Assembly: GCA_965223905.1 (NCBI GenBank)
Contig: CBDCXV010000010.1
Coordinates: 128,001-192,000 of the forward strand
Source of the DNA: Candidatus Latescibacterota bacterium
Lineage (GTDB): Bacteria; Latescibacterota; UBA2968; UBA8231
Direction of reading: 5' to 3'
Length of the DNA: 64,000 nucleotides
The first letter of the stretch is position 1. Each line of letters opens with the position of its first letter. Below the pieces are notes generated by a model that worked only from the letters and a program-made list of their open reading frames with translations, was not told the DNA's origin and ran no database searches. A program made the position numbers and the translations under genes. This document shows, piece by piece, positions 9,278 to 19,596 of the stretch.

Positions 9278-10522
9278 ATGAGCTCCCCCGCGCAGGTGCT
9301 GGTCCTGGTCGTCAACGAGGTCCTCGAGGACGCCCGCGTCTTCAAGACCTGCACCTCCCTTCTCGATGCCGGGGCGCAGGTCACCGTGGGCTGCACCAAT
9401 CCGGGAAGCCGTCCCGAAAAGGAACTGCGCGAGCGCATGCGGATCGTGCGCTTGCCCCACCCCCCCGACTTCTTCCTCAAGCGCTGGTACTCGCAGCTTC
9501 AGGGGCGCCTCGGACGCCGGATCGGCAGCGCGGCAACGAGCCTGCACGAGGAGGCCCCTCCCTCCGGGCTCCGGTCCCTCCTCCGCACCTCTGTGCTTTC
9601 GGCGAACTTCCGCCATCTCCTGCGCACCACAGCCGCCACCAACCAGCGGATGATCCGAGCCTTCTCGGGTGGGGGCTTCGATCTCGTTCACTGCAACGAC
9701 CTCCTCACTCTGGAGGCAGGCTTTGCCCTCAGGGATTCCGGTGCGGCCCGGGAGCTGCTCTACGACGCCCACGAGTTCTGGCCCGGCATGGCCTCCGAGG
9801 GCAGCCTGGCGAATCGAACCTGGGGGGAGATGGAGCGGAAAATGATCGGCCGCGCCGACCACGTGGTCACCGTCAACCCGTTCATTGCGGAGCTGCTGGA
9901 GAAGACCTACCGGCTGCCGCGCACGCCGGCAGTGGTCATGAACTGCCCACTTCTCTCAGCCGAGGAGGCAGGCCGTACTGCCGGCGACCCGGTGCGCGTG
10001 CTGTACCAGGGCAGGCTCCAGGCCTACCGCGGTCTGGAGGAGCTGGTTCTCGCCTTTGCCGCGGTCGAGGGCGGCACCCTGACGATTTCCGGGGACGGCC
10101 CGCTTCAGGGGGGGCTGGAGGCGCTGGTCGAGTCCGCGGGGCTCGGTGAAAAGGTCCGGTTCAGCGGCCGCTTCGCACGCGACGAGGGAATGCAGGTGGT
10201 CGGGGAATGCCACATCGGCGTCATCCCCTACAAACCGGTGAACCTCAACAACACTTATGCATCCCCCAACAAGCTGTTCGAGTACATGATGGGCGGCCTC
10301 GCCCTCGCCACCAGCGACCTCCCGTTCCTTTCCAGCGTCGTCAGGGCGGAAAATGCCGGGATCGTCTTCGAGAGCCTCGAGCCGCCCCAAATCGCCAGGG
10401 ATCTCAACAAGTTGATCGACGACCCGCGGAGTCTGCAACGGTTCCGCGACGCCGGCCGCGACGCCGCCCGCGAGCGCTACCACTGGGAAAGGCAGTTTGC
10501 GCACTATCCCTGGAGACCTTAG
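9278..10522 (+). CDS. Glycosyltransferase family 4
   Basis: DARVFK, VHCNDL, YDAHE, YQGRL, SPNKLFEYMMGG GT-B motifs. Confidence 0.9.
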   Translation: MSSPAQVLVLVVNEVLEDARVFKTCTSLLDAGAQVTVGCTNPGSRPEKELRERMRIVRLPHPPDFFLKRWYSQLQGRLGRRIGSAATSLHEEAPPSGLRSLLRTSVLSANFRHLLRTTAATNQRMIRAFSGGGFDLVHCNDLLTLEAGFALRDSGAARELLYDAHEFWPGMASEGSLANRTWGEMERKMIGRADHVVTVNPFIAELLEKTYRLPRTPAVVMNCPLLSAEEAGRTAGDPVRVLYQGRLQAYRGLEELVLAFAAVEGGTLTISGDGPLQGGLEALVESAGLGEKVRFSGRFARDEGMQVVGECHIGVIPYKPVNLNNTYASPNKLFEYMMGGLALATSDLPFLSSVVRAENAGIVFESLEPPQIARDLNKLIDDPRSLQRFRDAGRDAARERYHWERQFAHYPWRP

Positions 10523-10851
10523 CGCCTCCGGGGGCGATCCCGCGTGATTACGGCTGCTTCATCCTCAGGCAAAACCGCGGTTCGGTCGCAATCTCATCTT
10601 TGCGATTTTGCCATCGTCCTGTCCCGGGGTCAGGATCTTTCAATCTGTTTCCAGGACAGGAGACTGACGGGCTTTGGAAAAACCGGGCCCTGGAGCCCGT
10701 CCGGACCCGCCGGGCAGGCCAAGGATCAGGCCGGGGGGCTGCGTCCTGCTTCTCCGGGAACCGCCTGTCTCACCGTGCGTTTGCTGAAGCAACCTCGACG
10801 GGGTATTCGGCAGCCCGAAATGACCCATTTACCGGTTCAGGTTTACTATTC

Positions 10852-10878
10852 TGAGTAGTTCCAATTGAGTAGTTCCAA
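10852..10878 (+). repeat. 13-bp direct repeat TGAGTAGTTCCAA x2 (possible regulator site)
   Basis: Copies at 10852-10864 and 10866-10878, about 20 nt upstream of ATG 10900. Confidence 0.6.
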
Positions 10879-10899
10879 CCCATCACGCGGGAGGTTCTC

Positions 10900-11538
10900 A
10901 TGCCCCGGATTTCGTCCTTTTTTCTGTTTCTCTGCCTGTTCGCTCTGCCGCTTTCCGCCCAGGACGATGCTCTCACCGGAACCTGGGAGACGAGCTTCAC
11001 CGACCCGGAAGTCGGCGATATCACCATTAGCCTGACCTTCGAGGCGGGCGGCGGTTTCCAGCTCGACCAGGTTATCGAGGCTTCGGACAGCTTCCTGGCC
11101 GAGGCCGGAGACGCGGTGGCCATAGAGGAGTTCACCGCTCACGGCACCGGCACCTACCGGGTCGAGGGGGACAGCCTTTTCGCCGACCTGACCGAGCTGA
11201 ACATGTACGTCGACGGCCGCGACTTCGTCGAGGTGCTGACCGAGGTGGCCCGCGCCCTCGCCCGTATCGCCGCCGACTTCGGCGGAATCTCCGATGAGGA
11301 TTACCCGGCGTTCGAGCAGGCGGCTGTCGACGAGTTACTCGCTGGATTCGACGAGGAGCAGTTCCTCGGCGGATTTGCCGGGGGCGAGCTCGGCACGTAC
11401 GCCATCGAGGGCGACACCCTGTCGATCACCACAACGGTGGAGGGCGAAGTCGACTCCCTGGATTTCATGCGCATCGATACGGCCAGCGCCGTCGCCCCAA
11501 CCACCTGGGGCAGCCTGAAGGCGGATATGCGCCCGTGA
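10900..11538 (+). CDS. Secreted acidic hypothetical protein with C-terminal TTWGxLK motif
   Basis: Signal peptide (LFALPLSA-QD); D/E-rich; ends ASAVAPTTWGSLKADMRP; RBS GGAGG. Confidence 0.8.
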   Translation: MPRISSFFLFLCLFALPLSAQDDALTGTWETSFTDPEVGDITISLTFEAGGGFQLDQVIEASDSFLAEAGDAVAIEEFTAHGTGTYRVEGDSLFADLTELNMYVDGRDFVEVLTEVARALARIAADFGGISDEDYPAFEQAAVDELLAGFDEEQFLGGFAGGELGTYAIEGDTLSITTTVEGEVDSLDFMRIDTASAVAPTTWGSLKADMRP

Positions 11539-11648
11539 GCATGCTTTTGGCTCCGCCGGATTGACCTCCGCCTTCCCTGCCTGACAGCCGGCTTGCCGGC
11601 ACGCCTGGAGCTGCAAAAAAATTCGGCTTTGTTCTTGAGGGCCATTGG

Positions 11649-11701
11649 GATACCTTTATCGCAAGGTATCACCCGGTGGCCTTCTTTTTTTGGGCCACCG
11701 G
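11649..11701. promoter_or_regulatory. Two adjacent inverted repeats upstream of the TonB-receptor operon
   Basis: GATACCTT-N6-AAGGTATC (11649-11670) and CCGGTGGCC-N11-GGCCACCGG (11673-11701); function inferred. Confidence 0.4.
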
Positions 11702-11818
11702 ACAATGACAGACGGCCCTCGCAGCCGGCGCGGCGGTCAGCGCAACCGCTGCCCGGGATTTCGGTATGTGCTGCCGGATACCCGGCCGGCCGGGCCTGTC
11801 GAGAGAGGAAGGTTGCTC

Positions 11819-14800
11819 ATGCTGAACCGCCGTTTGCTCCCCTTGCTGGTGGCAGCCGGCTGCGCCGCCCTTTCAACGGCGGACAGCGCGGGAGCCACTT
11901 CGGGCAAAATCGCCGGCACGGTGAGCGATGCCGTTTCGGGCTATCCCCTGCCCGATGCCAACGTCGTCGTAGTAGAGACCGAAGCCGGGGCCTCGACCGA
12001 TTCCAGGGGGCGCTTCTTTCTCCTCAACGTCGACCCCGGCCTCTACACCCTGAAAGTCACCTACGTAGGTTTCCATCCCCTCACCCTGGAGGGAGTGCGC
12101 GTTTCCGCCGGCCTCACCACGGATATCGAGTTCGTCCTCAGCAGCGAAACCATCGAGGTCGAGGAGGTGGTGATCAAGGCGGAGCGCCCCATCATCGACA
12201 AGAACGCCACCAACGCGGTACGCATCGTCGGGGGCGAAGACCTCGAGATCCTGCCCGGGCGAGGGGTTGCCCAGGTGGTCAATCTGCAGCCCGGCGTGGT
12301 CTTGGACGAAGGCGCCCTGCACATCCGCGGCTCCCGCTCCGACGAGATCGGCTACTATGTCGATGGGGCCAGCGTGCGCAACCCGGTTACGGGCGGTGTT
12401 GCCGTCGGCCTGATCGACGAGGCCCTGCAAGAGATTCAGCTGCAGGCCGGTGGCTTCAATGCCGAATACGGCGGCGCCAACGCGGGTATCATCCTGCAGG
12501 AATTGCTCACTGGCTCGCCTGATTGGCAGATCGGCTTGCTGAGCGAGACGGATAATTTCACCTCCGCGTACAAAAAGCGCTTTGGCACCTATTCCTACGG
12601 CTATTCCAACCAGGTCATTACGCTGAGCGGTCCGGTGGCCGGCAACAAGAAAGTCCGGGCTTTCCTGGCCGGGCAGCGCCGGGTGCAGGATTTCCAGCCT
12701 TCCTATTGGGATGGCTTCCAGTTCGACGACCTGGTCGACTCGGGAGATCGCGGCGGACGGAGCCACTGGGCCGAGGACGCCGACGGCCATGCTGTGCCGG
12801 ATACCGTGGATCTGAATCTGCAACCGGGCAACATCGACCATACGAGCCGAGAGCGCCTTGACTTCAACGGCACCCTGCTGTTCGACCTGCAGCCCTTCCA
12901 ACTGCGCCTCACCGGCCTCTATTCCACCGAGGATCGGGAACTCAACCCCGCCCCCATCCGCAACATGCTCAATACGGCGCGCCTGCCCGAACTGGAGCGG
13001 GTGTCGGGCTTGCTCAATGTCAAGGGCACTCACTTTCTCAGTCCCAATACGTTCTACGAAGTGAACGTCAGTCTTTACAGCCAGGGCCGCGAGATCTTCG
13101 ACCCGGTCTTTAGAGACAACTTTATGCTCTACAACGACAGCTTGGCCGTGGCCCAGGCCAACCCCGATTTCACGCCGTATTCCGCCCAGGGCGTGGCGCC
13201 GCGCAACTACGATTTCAACGGCTTTCCCTTTGCCCGGCCGGGCACGCCGGTGTGGCCGTCAAACGGTACGTCCCGGTTCAGTCTTTACGCCGACGAGAAG
13301 GACAGCTACTACGGCCTTGGCGGCAGTCTGACCCGTCAGACCGATGTGCACGAGTACAAGGTAGGCTTCGACATCCAGCGCTGGACCTCGCGGCGCTATG
13401 GAATCGCCCTGAACTCGATCCGCAATGCCATCCGCAATACCTACCCCAAGCTGGATTCGGTCTACGTCGATTACTACGCCGGGGAGATCGCCGACGACGA
13501 GGTAATGGACGCGCTCATCGCCAAGGCTTCGACCCTGGACGACGACGAGGGCAGTCTGGATGATTTTGCCGCCCTGATCCGCAACACCAGTCGGACCGAC
13601 TACTTCGGCTTTGACGCCTTTGGGCGCCCGGACGAAGGCACCGGGCTCGAGGCACCGCGCAATCCGGTGCTGGCTTCGGCCTTTATCCAGGACAAGATCG
13701 AGTACAAGGATCTCATTGTGAACGCCGGGCTGCGCTGGGATTACTTCGATGTCGATAGCTTCCGCTTCAAGGATCCGGAAGCGCCCCAGCGTGACGCTAC
13801 CAACTTCACCATCGATCTCAATTCGATGGAAAAGACCCGCACCTTCCACGAGATCAGCCCGCGGCTCGGGTTCTCGTTCCCGGTGTCGGATGTGACGGTT
13901 TTCCACGTCCAGTACGGCCGCTTTTCGCAGATGCCGGCCATGCGCACCATGTTCACCGGCGGGGCGCGGTTGGCCCTGGAACTGGGCGGCCAGAACTTCA
14001 TCCCTACCCCCACTGCCTTTGACATTGAGCCGATCCGCACCACCCAGTACGAAATCGGCTTCGAGCGCCAGTTCACCGCGGTGGCTTCATTCGACATCAC
14101 CGGCTTCTACCGCGACGTCAAGGGACAGTTGCACCTGCAGCGGCAGGACATTTCGGCTGCGGCCGAGAACGCCAACGCGTACAACTTCCTGCAGAACGGG
14201 GACTTTGCCACTACCAAGGGCGTGGAATTCGTCTTCAAGTTGCGCCGCGTAAACCGCTTGCGCACCGAATTCAACTATACGCTGTCGGATGCACGCGGCA
14301 CTGGGTCGTCGACCAATTCGGCCGTTTCCGGGGTCGAGAACAACACCAACCTGCCGACGATCATCTCGCCGCTGGATTTCAACGAGACGCATCGGGGCAA
14401 TATCTTCCTCGACTACCGCTTTGCGCGCAACGAGGGCGGCGCCATCCTGGAAAATTTAGGTGCCAACCTGCTGATGAAGTTCAGCAGCGGCCACAACTTC
14501 ACCCTGTTCGGCGGGTCCATCGGCCAGCGCGGACCCGAAGAAGGCGGCATTTTGGCCAGCGACGACCCGCGCTCTCGCAAGCCCTTGGAAAGCATCAACG
14601 TATCTTCGACGCCCTGGAGCTTTGAGGTCGATCTGAAAGTGGACAAAGGTTTCAATCTGTTCGGCGCCGACGCCCAGGTCTACCTCTACGCCTATAACCT
14701 GTTCGACCGCAAGAACGTAATCAACGTGTACGGCCGCACCGGCAACGCCGAGGACGACGGCTTCCTCACCAACCCGGATCTGAGCAGCCAGATCGTCGAG

Positions 14801-14938
14801 GCCGGTGGCGGCCCGACTTACCGGCAGCTGTACGAGGCCATCAACTTGGCCAACCGGCAGCACTACTGGTTCAACGAAGGCGGCGATATTTTGGGCGATC
14901 CGCGCCAGATCCGCTTTGGCGTCAAACTGGGCCTCTAG
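11819..14938 (+). CDS. TonB-dependent receptor with N-terminal carboxypeptidase-regulatory-like domain
   Basis: Signal peptide, GKIAGTVSDA..PLPDANV, plug IRGSRSDE..YYVDG, GGFNAEYG, NAGLRWDYF, SPRLGFSFP, C-terminal PRQIRFGVKLGL. Confidence 0.92.
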   Translation: MLNRRLLPLLVAAGCAALSTADSAGATSGKIAGTVSDAVSGYPLPDANVVVVETEAGASTDSRGRFFLLNVDPGLYTLKVTYVGFHPLTLEGVRVSAGLTTDIEFVLSSETIEVEEVVIKAERPIIDKNATNAVRIVGGEDLEILPGRGVAQVVNLQPGVVLDEGALHIRGSRSDEIGYYVDGASVRNPVTGGVAVGLIDEALQEIQLQAGGFNAEYGGANAGIILQELLTGSPDWQIGLLSETDNFTSAYKKRFGTYSYGYSNQVITLSGPVAGNKKVRAFLAGQRRVQDFQPSYWDGFQFDDLVDSGDRGGRSHWAEDADGHAVPDTVDLNLQPGNIDHTSRERLDFNGTLLFDLQPFQLRLTGLYSTEDRELNPAPIRNMLNTARLPELERVSGLLNVKGTHFLSPNTFYEVNVSLYSQGREIFDPVFRDNFMLYNDSLAVAQANPDFTPYSAQGVAPRNYDFNGFPFARPGTPVWPSNGTSRFSLYADEKDSYYGLGGSLTRQTDVHEYKVGFDIQRWTSRRYGIALNSIRNAIRNTYPKLDSVYVDYYAGEIADDEVMDALIAKASTLDDDEGSLDDFAALIRNTSRTDYFGFDAFGRPDEGTGLEAPRNPVLASAFIQDKIEYKDLIVNAGLRWDYFDVDSFRFKDPEAPQRDATNFTIDLNSMEKTRTFHEISPRLGFSFPVSDVTVFHVQYGRFSQMPAMRTMFTGGARLALELGGQNFIPTPTAFDIEPIRTTQYEIGFERQFTAVASFDITGFYRDVKGQLHLQRQDISAAAENANAYNFLQNGDFATTKGVEFVFKLRRVNRLRTEFNYTLSDARGTGSSTNSAVSGVENNTNLPTIISPLDFNETHRGNIFLDYRFARNEGGAILENLGANLLMKFSSGHNFTLFGGSIGQRGPEEGGILASDDPRSRKPLESINVSSTPWSFEVDLKVDKGFNLFGADAQVYLYAYNLFDRKNVINVYGRTGNAEDDGFLTNPDLSSQIVEAGGGPTYRQLYEAINLANRQHYWFNEGGDILGDPRQIRFGVKLGL

Positions 14939-14958
14939 GATACGGAGGGAAAGACGCT

Positions 14959-17900
14959 ATGAAGAAATTCACCGCTTTTCTGGCGGCCGCAGGGCTTTTG
15001 CTGGGCGCGTCCGCCCCGGTCGAAAGCCGTAGCGCGGACAGCGCCGCCAGGGCCGCGCAGGCCAAGTTTGGCGAGCGGGCCTTGATGAACGTCAATAACA
15101 TGTCCATGTGGTTCAAGCGCGACGGCTGGTCCGGGCGCAACCCCCTCAACGACAATTCGGGCGTGACCTTTCCGCGCTCCACCGACCAAGTCATCTTTCA
15201 GGACGGCTTGATCTGGGGCGGTATTGTCAAGGACGGCGACCCCCAGGACTTGCGCGTCGGCGGCCAGACCTACGAGATCGGCACCGTTCCCGGCCGCATC
15301 ATCAGCAAGGGCGTGGCCGAAGATCCGAAGGATGAAAGCGTGCGTATCTACCGCATCCGCAGAGATTACCGGACCGTTGATCTGCGCCTCGATGCCTCCG
15401 AGAGTCTGGGGATTGGGCTGAGTGCGGTGACCGACAGCGAGGTCGAGGAATTGCGGGACCAGTACGAGCGCGACTGGCGCGAGTGGCCCTGGGAGAAGGG
15501 GGCCCCGTACTACGACAACGACGGCAACGGCTCCTACGACCCGGAGGTCGACGAACCCGGGGTAGCCGGGGCCGACCAGGTGGCTTGGTTCGCGGTCAAC
15601 GACCTCGACGTGGGGGCCGCTCAATCGCTCTACGGTTCCAAGCCCATTGGTCTGGAAGTGCAGATGCTGTTCTGGGGCTATGCCCGCACCGACGCCCTGG
15701 GCGATGTGATCTTCAAGAAGTACACGGTCATTTACAAGGGGACCAGCACCACCCCGGACACGGCCCGCATCGAGGATATGTACTTTGCCCAGTGGTCCGA
15801 CCCCGACCTGGGTGACTTTGGCGACGACTTCGCCGGGGCCGACGTCGATTTGAGCCTAGGGTACGTATATAACTCAACTGACGACGACTCGCACTACGTA
15901 CCCTTTGGGCTCGCACCGCCAGCCGTGGGTTACGACTTCCTCCAGGGACCCGTCGTTCCGGTCTTCCAAAAGGACGAAAATGGGGACATTCTGCTGGACG
16001 ATGACGGCGAGTCCGTCCTCGATGAGAGTTCGGAAGCCATTTTCAATTTTGGCCGGCGAGCCGGCTTCCGCAATCTGCCCATGACTTCGTTCGTGTACTT
16101 TGCCGCAGGTTCGGCTATCGGCGATCCGGAGTTGGGCGAGTACATCGGCACCCAGGAATGGTACAATCTGCTGCGCGGTTTCCAGCCCCAGCCCGACATC
16201 GATAACCCAGTGCCCTACACCAACCCCCTGACCGGCGAGGACACCTTCTTCACCCTCGACGGCGATCCGACCACGGCCCAGGGCTGGAACGACGGCATTC
16301 CGCTGCCTTCGGGCGACCGGCGCATCGTGCTCAATACCGGGCCTTTCGAGATGGCTTTGGGTGATACCCAGGAAGTGGTGGTCGCGCTGCTGGGCGGCAT
16401 TTCGACGGATCGCCTGCGCAGCGTCTCCAAGCTCAAGTTCAGCGATCAGTTTGTGCAGGACGCGTACAACAGCTTTTTCGCGGTGCCCAAGCCGCCGGTT
16501 GGTCCCGACGTGCGGGCTTCCCAACTGGACCAGACGGTTTTGCTCGACTGGGGCTGGAACGGGGCCATTATCGAGCAGACCGAGGGCGACGACGGTTCGG
16601 GTTTTGTCTTTGAAGGGTACAATCTCTACCAGTTCCCTTCGGCCGAGGCCACCCTGGACCAAGGTGAGCGCCTGGGCACCTTTGATGTGGAGAACGGGGT
16701 CACGGCCGTCCTGGGCATTGATCTGGACGACGCTTCGGGCGTCATCTTGGAGGTGCCTTTGCAGGTCGGTTCCGACTTTGGAGTGCGGCGGACGGTCCGG
16801 TTGACCCAGGACGCCCTTCGCGGCGGCCCCCTGGTCAACGGCCAGGAATACTATTTCGCGGTCACCGCGTACAGCCGCAATACCGCGGAAGGCGCGGCGG
16901 TGACAACGCTGGAAAGCACGCCCAGAACGCTCATTTGCGTGCCGCAGACGCCGCCTTTGGGCACGCGCTACCAGAGCGAAGCGGGTGAATCGATCGACAC
17001 TGAGCACGCCTCGGGCGTCAGCGATGGCTCGGTGGGGGTCGCGGTGGTCGATCCGACCCGCACCACGGGCGACGGGTACCAGGTGGAATTCGTCGAGATA
17101 GTAGTGGACGAAGAGACCGGAGAGACAGCGACCGCCTGGCAGTTGCGCAACAACACCCGGAACGAGGTGGTGGTCGGGGCCCAGACCGACCAGTCGGGTA
17201 CTGCGCTCTACGTCCCCAGCGAGGGCTTCGATATCCAGGTCTCGGGGCCTCCGCCGGGCATGAAGGACTGGGACATCCCCACGGGCGAGCGCTGGTTCAC
17301 CTGGGCCGGCGCCGAATGGGGCGCCGAAGGCTTCGGGGGCGCCATGACCGGCGATCCGAACCACGAGTGGTTTGCGCCGACTACCCTGACGCCGGACCAG
17401 TTGCGCACGGTGGAATTGCGCTTCACCAGCGTCGACGAGGCGGATGGCGAAAACCAGTACAAGCCCCTCGACCTCGACAACGAGAACGTGTCCTGGGCCT
17501 ACCGCTATCTCCGCGGGGCCGGCGCCGATCCGCCCGCCCCGGATTCCCTGACCACCACCGCCAACCCGTGGGACTTCGGCAACTATATCATAAACACCGA
17601 AGGCCCCGGGGTATACGTAAACCAGGACCGCGTGCCCATCGCCCTGTCGGCCTGGGACGTGGAGAGCGATCCGCCGCGGCGGCTCGAAGTGGCCTTTTTG
17701 GAGAACAACCAGCCTGGAGGTCTGGTCAACGGCGCGTACGGGCCGGCCTTTTACAATGCGGTGAGCAATCTCGCGAGTGGTGGGCCGCGGGAGTGGCTGT
17801 TCATCTTCGACCTGGAGTACACCGACCCGAACCAGGGCCGGAACAGCGATATCCTGCTGCGCAACGGCTTGATTCGCAACGCCGACAGCGAGGATAACCT

Positions 17901-18381
17901 GCCCTTCATGTGGATCATCTTCGCCGCCCGGCGCCAGGAAGACCGCTTTCCGCAGGACGGGGACTCCTTCCTGCTGATCGCCAACCACGTCAATACCCCG
18001 GCTGATGTCTTCAGCTTTGAGGTGCCGGGCACCCTGTTCGATCCCGACAGCCTGAAAGTGGATGTCGCGCTCATCAATGTCTTCCCCAACCCTTACTACG
18101 GGGTCAACTTGGCCGAGACCTCCCCCTACAGGCACTTCGTCACCTTCAGCCACCTACCGCAGAAAGCCGCGGTCCGGCTGTACGACTTGGCCGGCAACCT
18201 CGTGAGGACCCTGGACAAGGACGACAACGACCCGTTCCTGCGCTGGGACCTGAAAAACCACAACAGCCTGCCGGTGGCCAGCGGCATCTACCTCGCCCAT
18301 ATCGAATTGCCCGATATAGGCAGGAACCGGGTCCTGAAGGTGGTGATTCTGCAGGAGCAGCAGTTCCTGGAACGATACTGA
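14959..18381 (+). CDS. Large secreted protein with T9SS type A-like C-terminal domain
   Basis: Signal peptide; Ca-binding-like DNDGNGSYD; FEGYNLY and YYFAVTAY Fn3-like segment; C-terminal INVFPNPY...RLYDLAGNLVRTL...WDLKN...VASGIY. Confidence 0.85.
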   Translation: MKKFTAFLAAAGLLLGASAPVESRSADSAARAAQAKFGERALMNVNNMSMWFKRDGWSGRNPLNDNSGVTFPRSTDQVIFQDGLIWGGIVKDGDPQDLRVGGQTYEIGTVPGRIISKGVAEDPKDESVRIYRIRRDYRTVDLRLDASESLGIGLSAVTDSEVEELRDQYERDWREWPWEKGAPYYDNDGNGSYDPEVDEPGVAGADQVAWFAVNDLDVGAAQSLYGSKPIGLEVQMLFWGYARTDALGDVIFKKYTVIYKGTSTTPDTARIEDMYFAQWSDPDLGDFGDDFAGADVDLSLGYVYNSTDDDSHYVPFGLAPPAVGYDFLQGPVVPVFQKDENGDILLDDDGESVLDESSEAIFNFGRRAGFRNLPMTSFVYFAAGSAIGDPELGEYIGTQEWYNLLRGFQPQPDIDNPVPYTNPLTGEDTFFTLDGDPTTAQGWNDGIPLPSGDRRIVLNTGPFEMALGDTQEVVVALLGGISTDRLRSVSKLKFSDQFVQDAYNSFFAVPKPPVGPDVRASQLDQTVLLDWGWNGAIIEQTEGDDGSGFVFEGYNLYQFPSAEATLDQGERLGTFDVENGVTAVLGIDLDDASGVILEVPLQVGSDFGVRRTVRLTQDALRGGPLVNGQEYYFAVTAYSRNTAEGAAVTTLESTPRTLICVPQTPPLGTRYQSEAGESIDTEHASGVSDGSVGVAVVDPTRTTGDGYQVEFVEIVVDEETGETATAWQLRNNTRNEVVVGAQTDQSGTALYVPSEGFDIQVSGPPPGMKDWDIPTGERWFTWAGAEWGAEGFGGAMTGDPNHEWFAPTTLTPDQLRTVELRFTSVDEADGENQYKPLDLDNENVSWAYRYLRGAGADPPAPDSLTTTANPWDFGNYIINTEGPGVYVNQDRVPIALSAWDVESDPPRRLEVAFLENNQPGGLVNGAYGPAFYNAVSNLASGGPREWLFIFDLEYTDPNQGRNSDILLRNGLIRNADSEDNLPFMWIIFAARRQEDRFPQDGDSFLLIANHVNTPADVFSFEVPGTLFDPDSLKVDVALINVFPNPYYGVNLAETSPYRHFVTFSHLPQKAAVRLYDLAGNLVRTLDKDDNDPFLRWDLKNHNSLPVASGIYLAHIELPDIGRNRVLKVVILQEQQFLERY

Positions 18382-18416
18382 GCGGCCCGGACGAATGTTT
18401 GAAAAGGAGATCTGAC

Positions 18417-19454
18417 ATGATTCGGATTGACCAGCGCGCCCCGCTCCTCCTGGCGGCCTGTCTCGCCCTGGGCGGCGCGCAGGCACACGCCGACGGCCGC
18501 GACCGGATCGGCACCGCCGCGGCCCCCGAGTTGCTGATTCCGGTGGGGGCCCGGGACATGGCCCTCGGCGGCGCTTCCATCGCCACGACATCAGGCGTCG
18601 AATCGCTGCACTGGAATCCCGCGGGCCTGTGCCGTTCCGCCAACAACGTCGACCTGATGGTGTCGACCATGGATTACATCGCCGGCATCCAGGTCAACTA
18701 CGCCGCCGTGGGAAGCCTCTTCCCCTCCATCGGCAACCTCGCCCTGAGCATCAAGTCGCTGGACCTGGGGGATATTCCGATCACCACCGCGACCCAGCCG
18801 GACGGGACGGGGGCCACCTTCAAGCCGACCTTTCTGACCCTGGGGCTCCATTACGGCCGCAGCCTGACCGACCGCATCGGCGTCGGCTCGACGCTGCACT
18901 ACGTAACCAACCGGGTCGACCGCGCCCAGGCGACCGGCCTCTCCTTCAGCGCCGGGCTGCAGTATTCCAACCTCGGCGGTATCGAAGGGTTGGACCTGGG
19001 CGTAGTGGTCAAGCATATCGGCCAGCGGCTCAGGTACGAGGGCTCGGGCCTGTTGAACCAGGGGCAGCTCAATTCGCTGCGACGCGGCCCCTCCTTCTAC
19101 ACCGTCCAGGCGAGCTCGGCCGATCTGCCTTCGACCTTCGAGCTGGGCCTGGCCTGGAACTACCCGGTGCAGGAGATGGGGGAGCTGAATTTCAGCTCGG
19201 TCTTCGAGCACCAGAACTACAGCTACGACCAGTACAAGTTGGGAGTCGAGTACGTGTTCAACGACTTCCTGGCCTTGCGCGGCGGTTTCGATTACGCAGC
19301 CGGCACCGAAGACGACACCGTCCTGTTCGGCAACAGCTTCGGCCTGGGGCTGAGTCTGCCCGGCGGCAAGACCCGCTCCCGCCTCGACTACGCCTACGGC
19401 AGCGTCGACCGCTTCGACGCGCTCCACACCTTCACCTTCCAGGCCGGCTTCTGA
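18417..19454 (+). CDS. PorV/PorQ-family outer membrane beta-barrel
   Basis: GTAAAPELLIPVGARDMALGGA, HWNPAGL, LPSTFELG, LALRGG, LDYAY, terminal F; RBS AGGAGA. Confidence 0.85.
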   Translation: MIRIDQRAPLLLAACLALGGAQAHADGRDRIGTAAAPELLIPVGARDMALGGASIATTSGVESLHWNPAGLCRSANNVDLMVSTMDYIAGIQVNYAAVGSLFPSIGNLALSIKSLDLGDIPITTATQPDGTGATFKPTFLTLGLHYGRSLTDRIGVGSTLHYVTNRVDRAQATGLSFSAGLQYSNLGGIEGLDLGVVVKHIGQRLRYEGSGLLNQGQLNSLRRGPSFYTVQASSADLPSTFELGLAWNYPVQEMGELNFSSVFEHQNYSYDQYKLGVEYVFNDFLALRGGFDYAAGTEDDTVLFGNSFGLGLSLPGGKTRSRLDYAYGSVDRFDALHTFTFQAGF

Positions 19455-19596
19455 AGCGGCGGCGCAAGGTGAGGGTGCTTGTGCAAACTCGTGCCCCCGA
19501 GTTCAATCGCGGTATCTGACAGGCGGCCCCATTCATCACCACGTGGGAAGCGCCGATCGCTTGCCGCGCATTCCCACTCATGCATGAGATCCCTCG

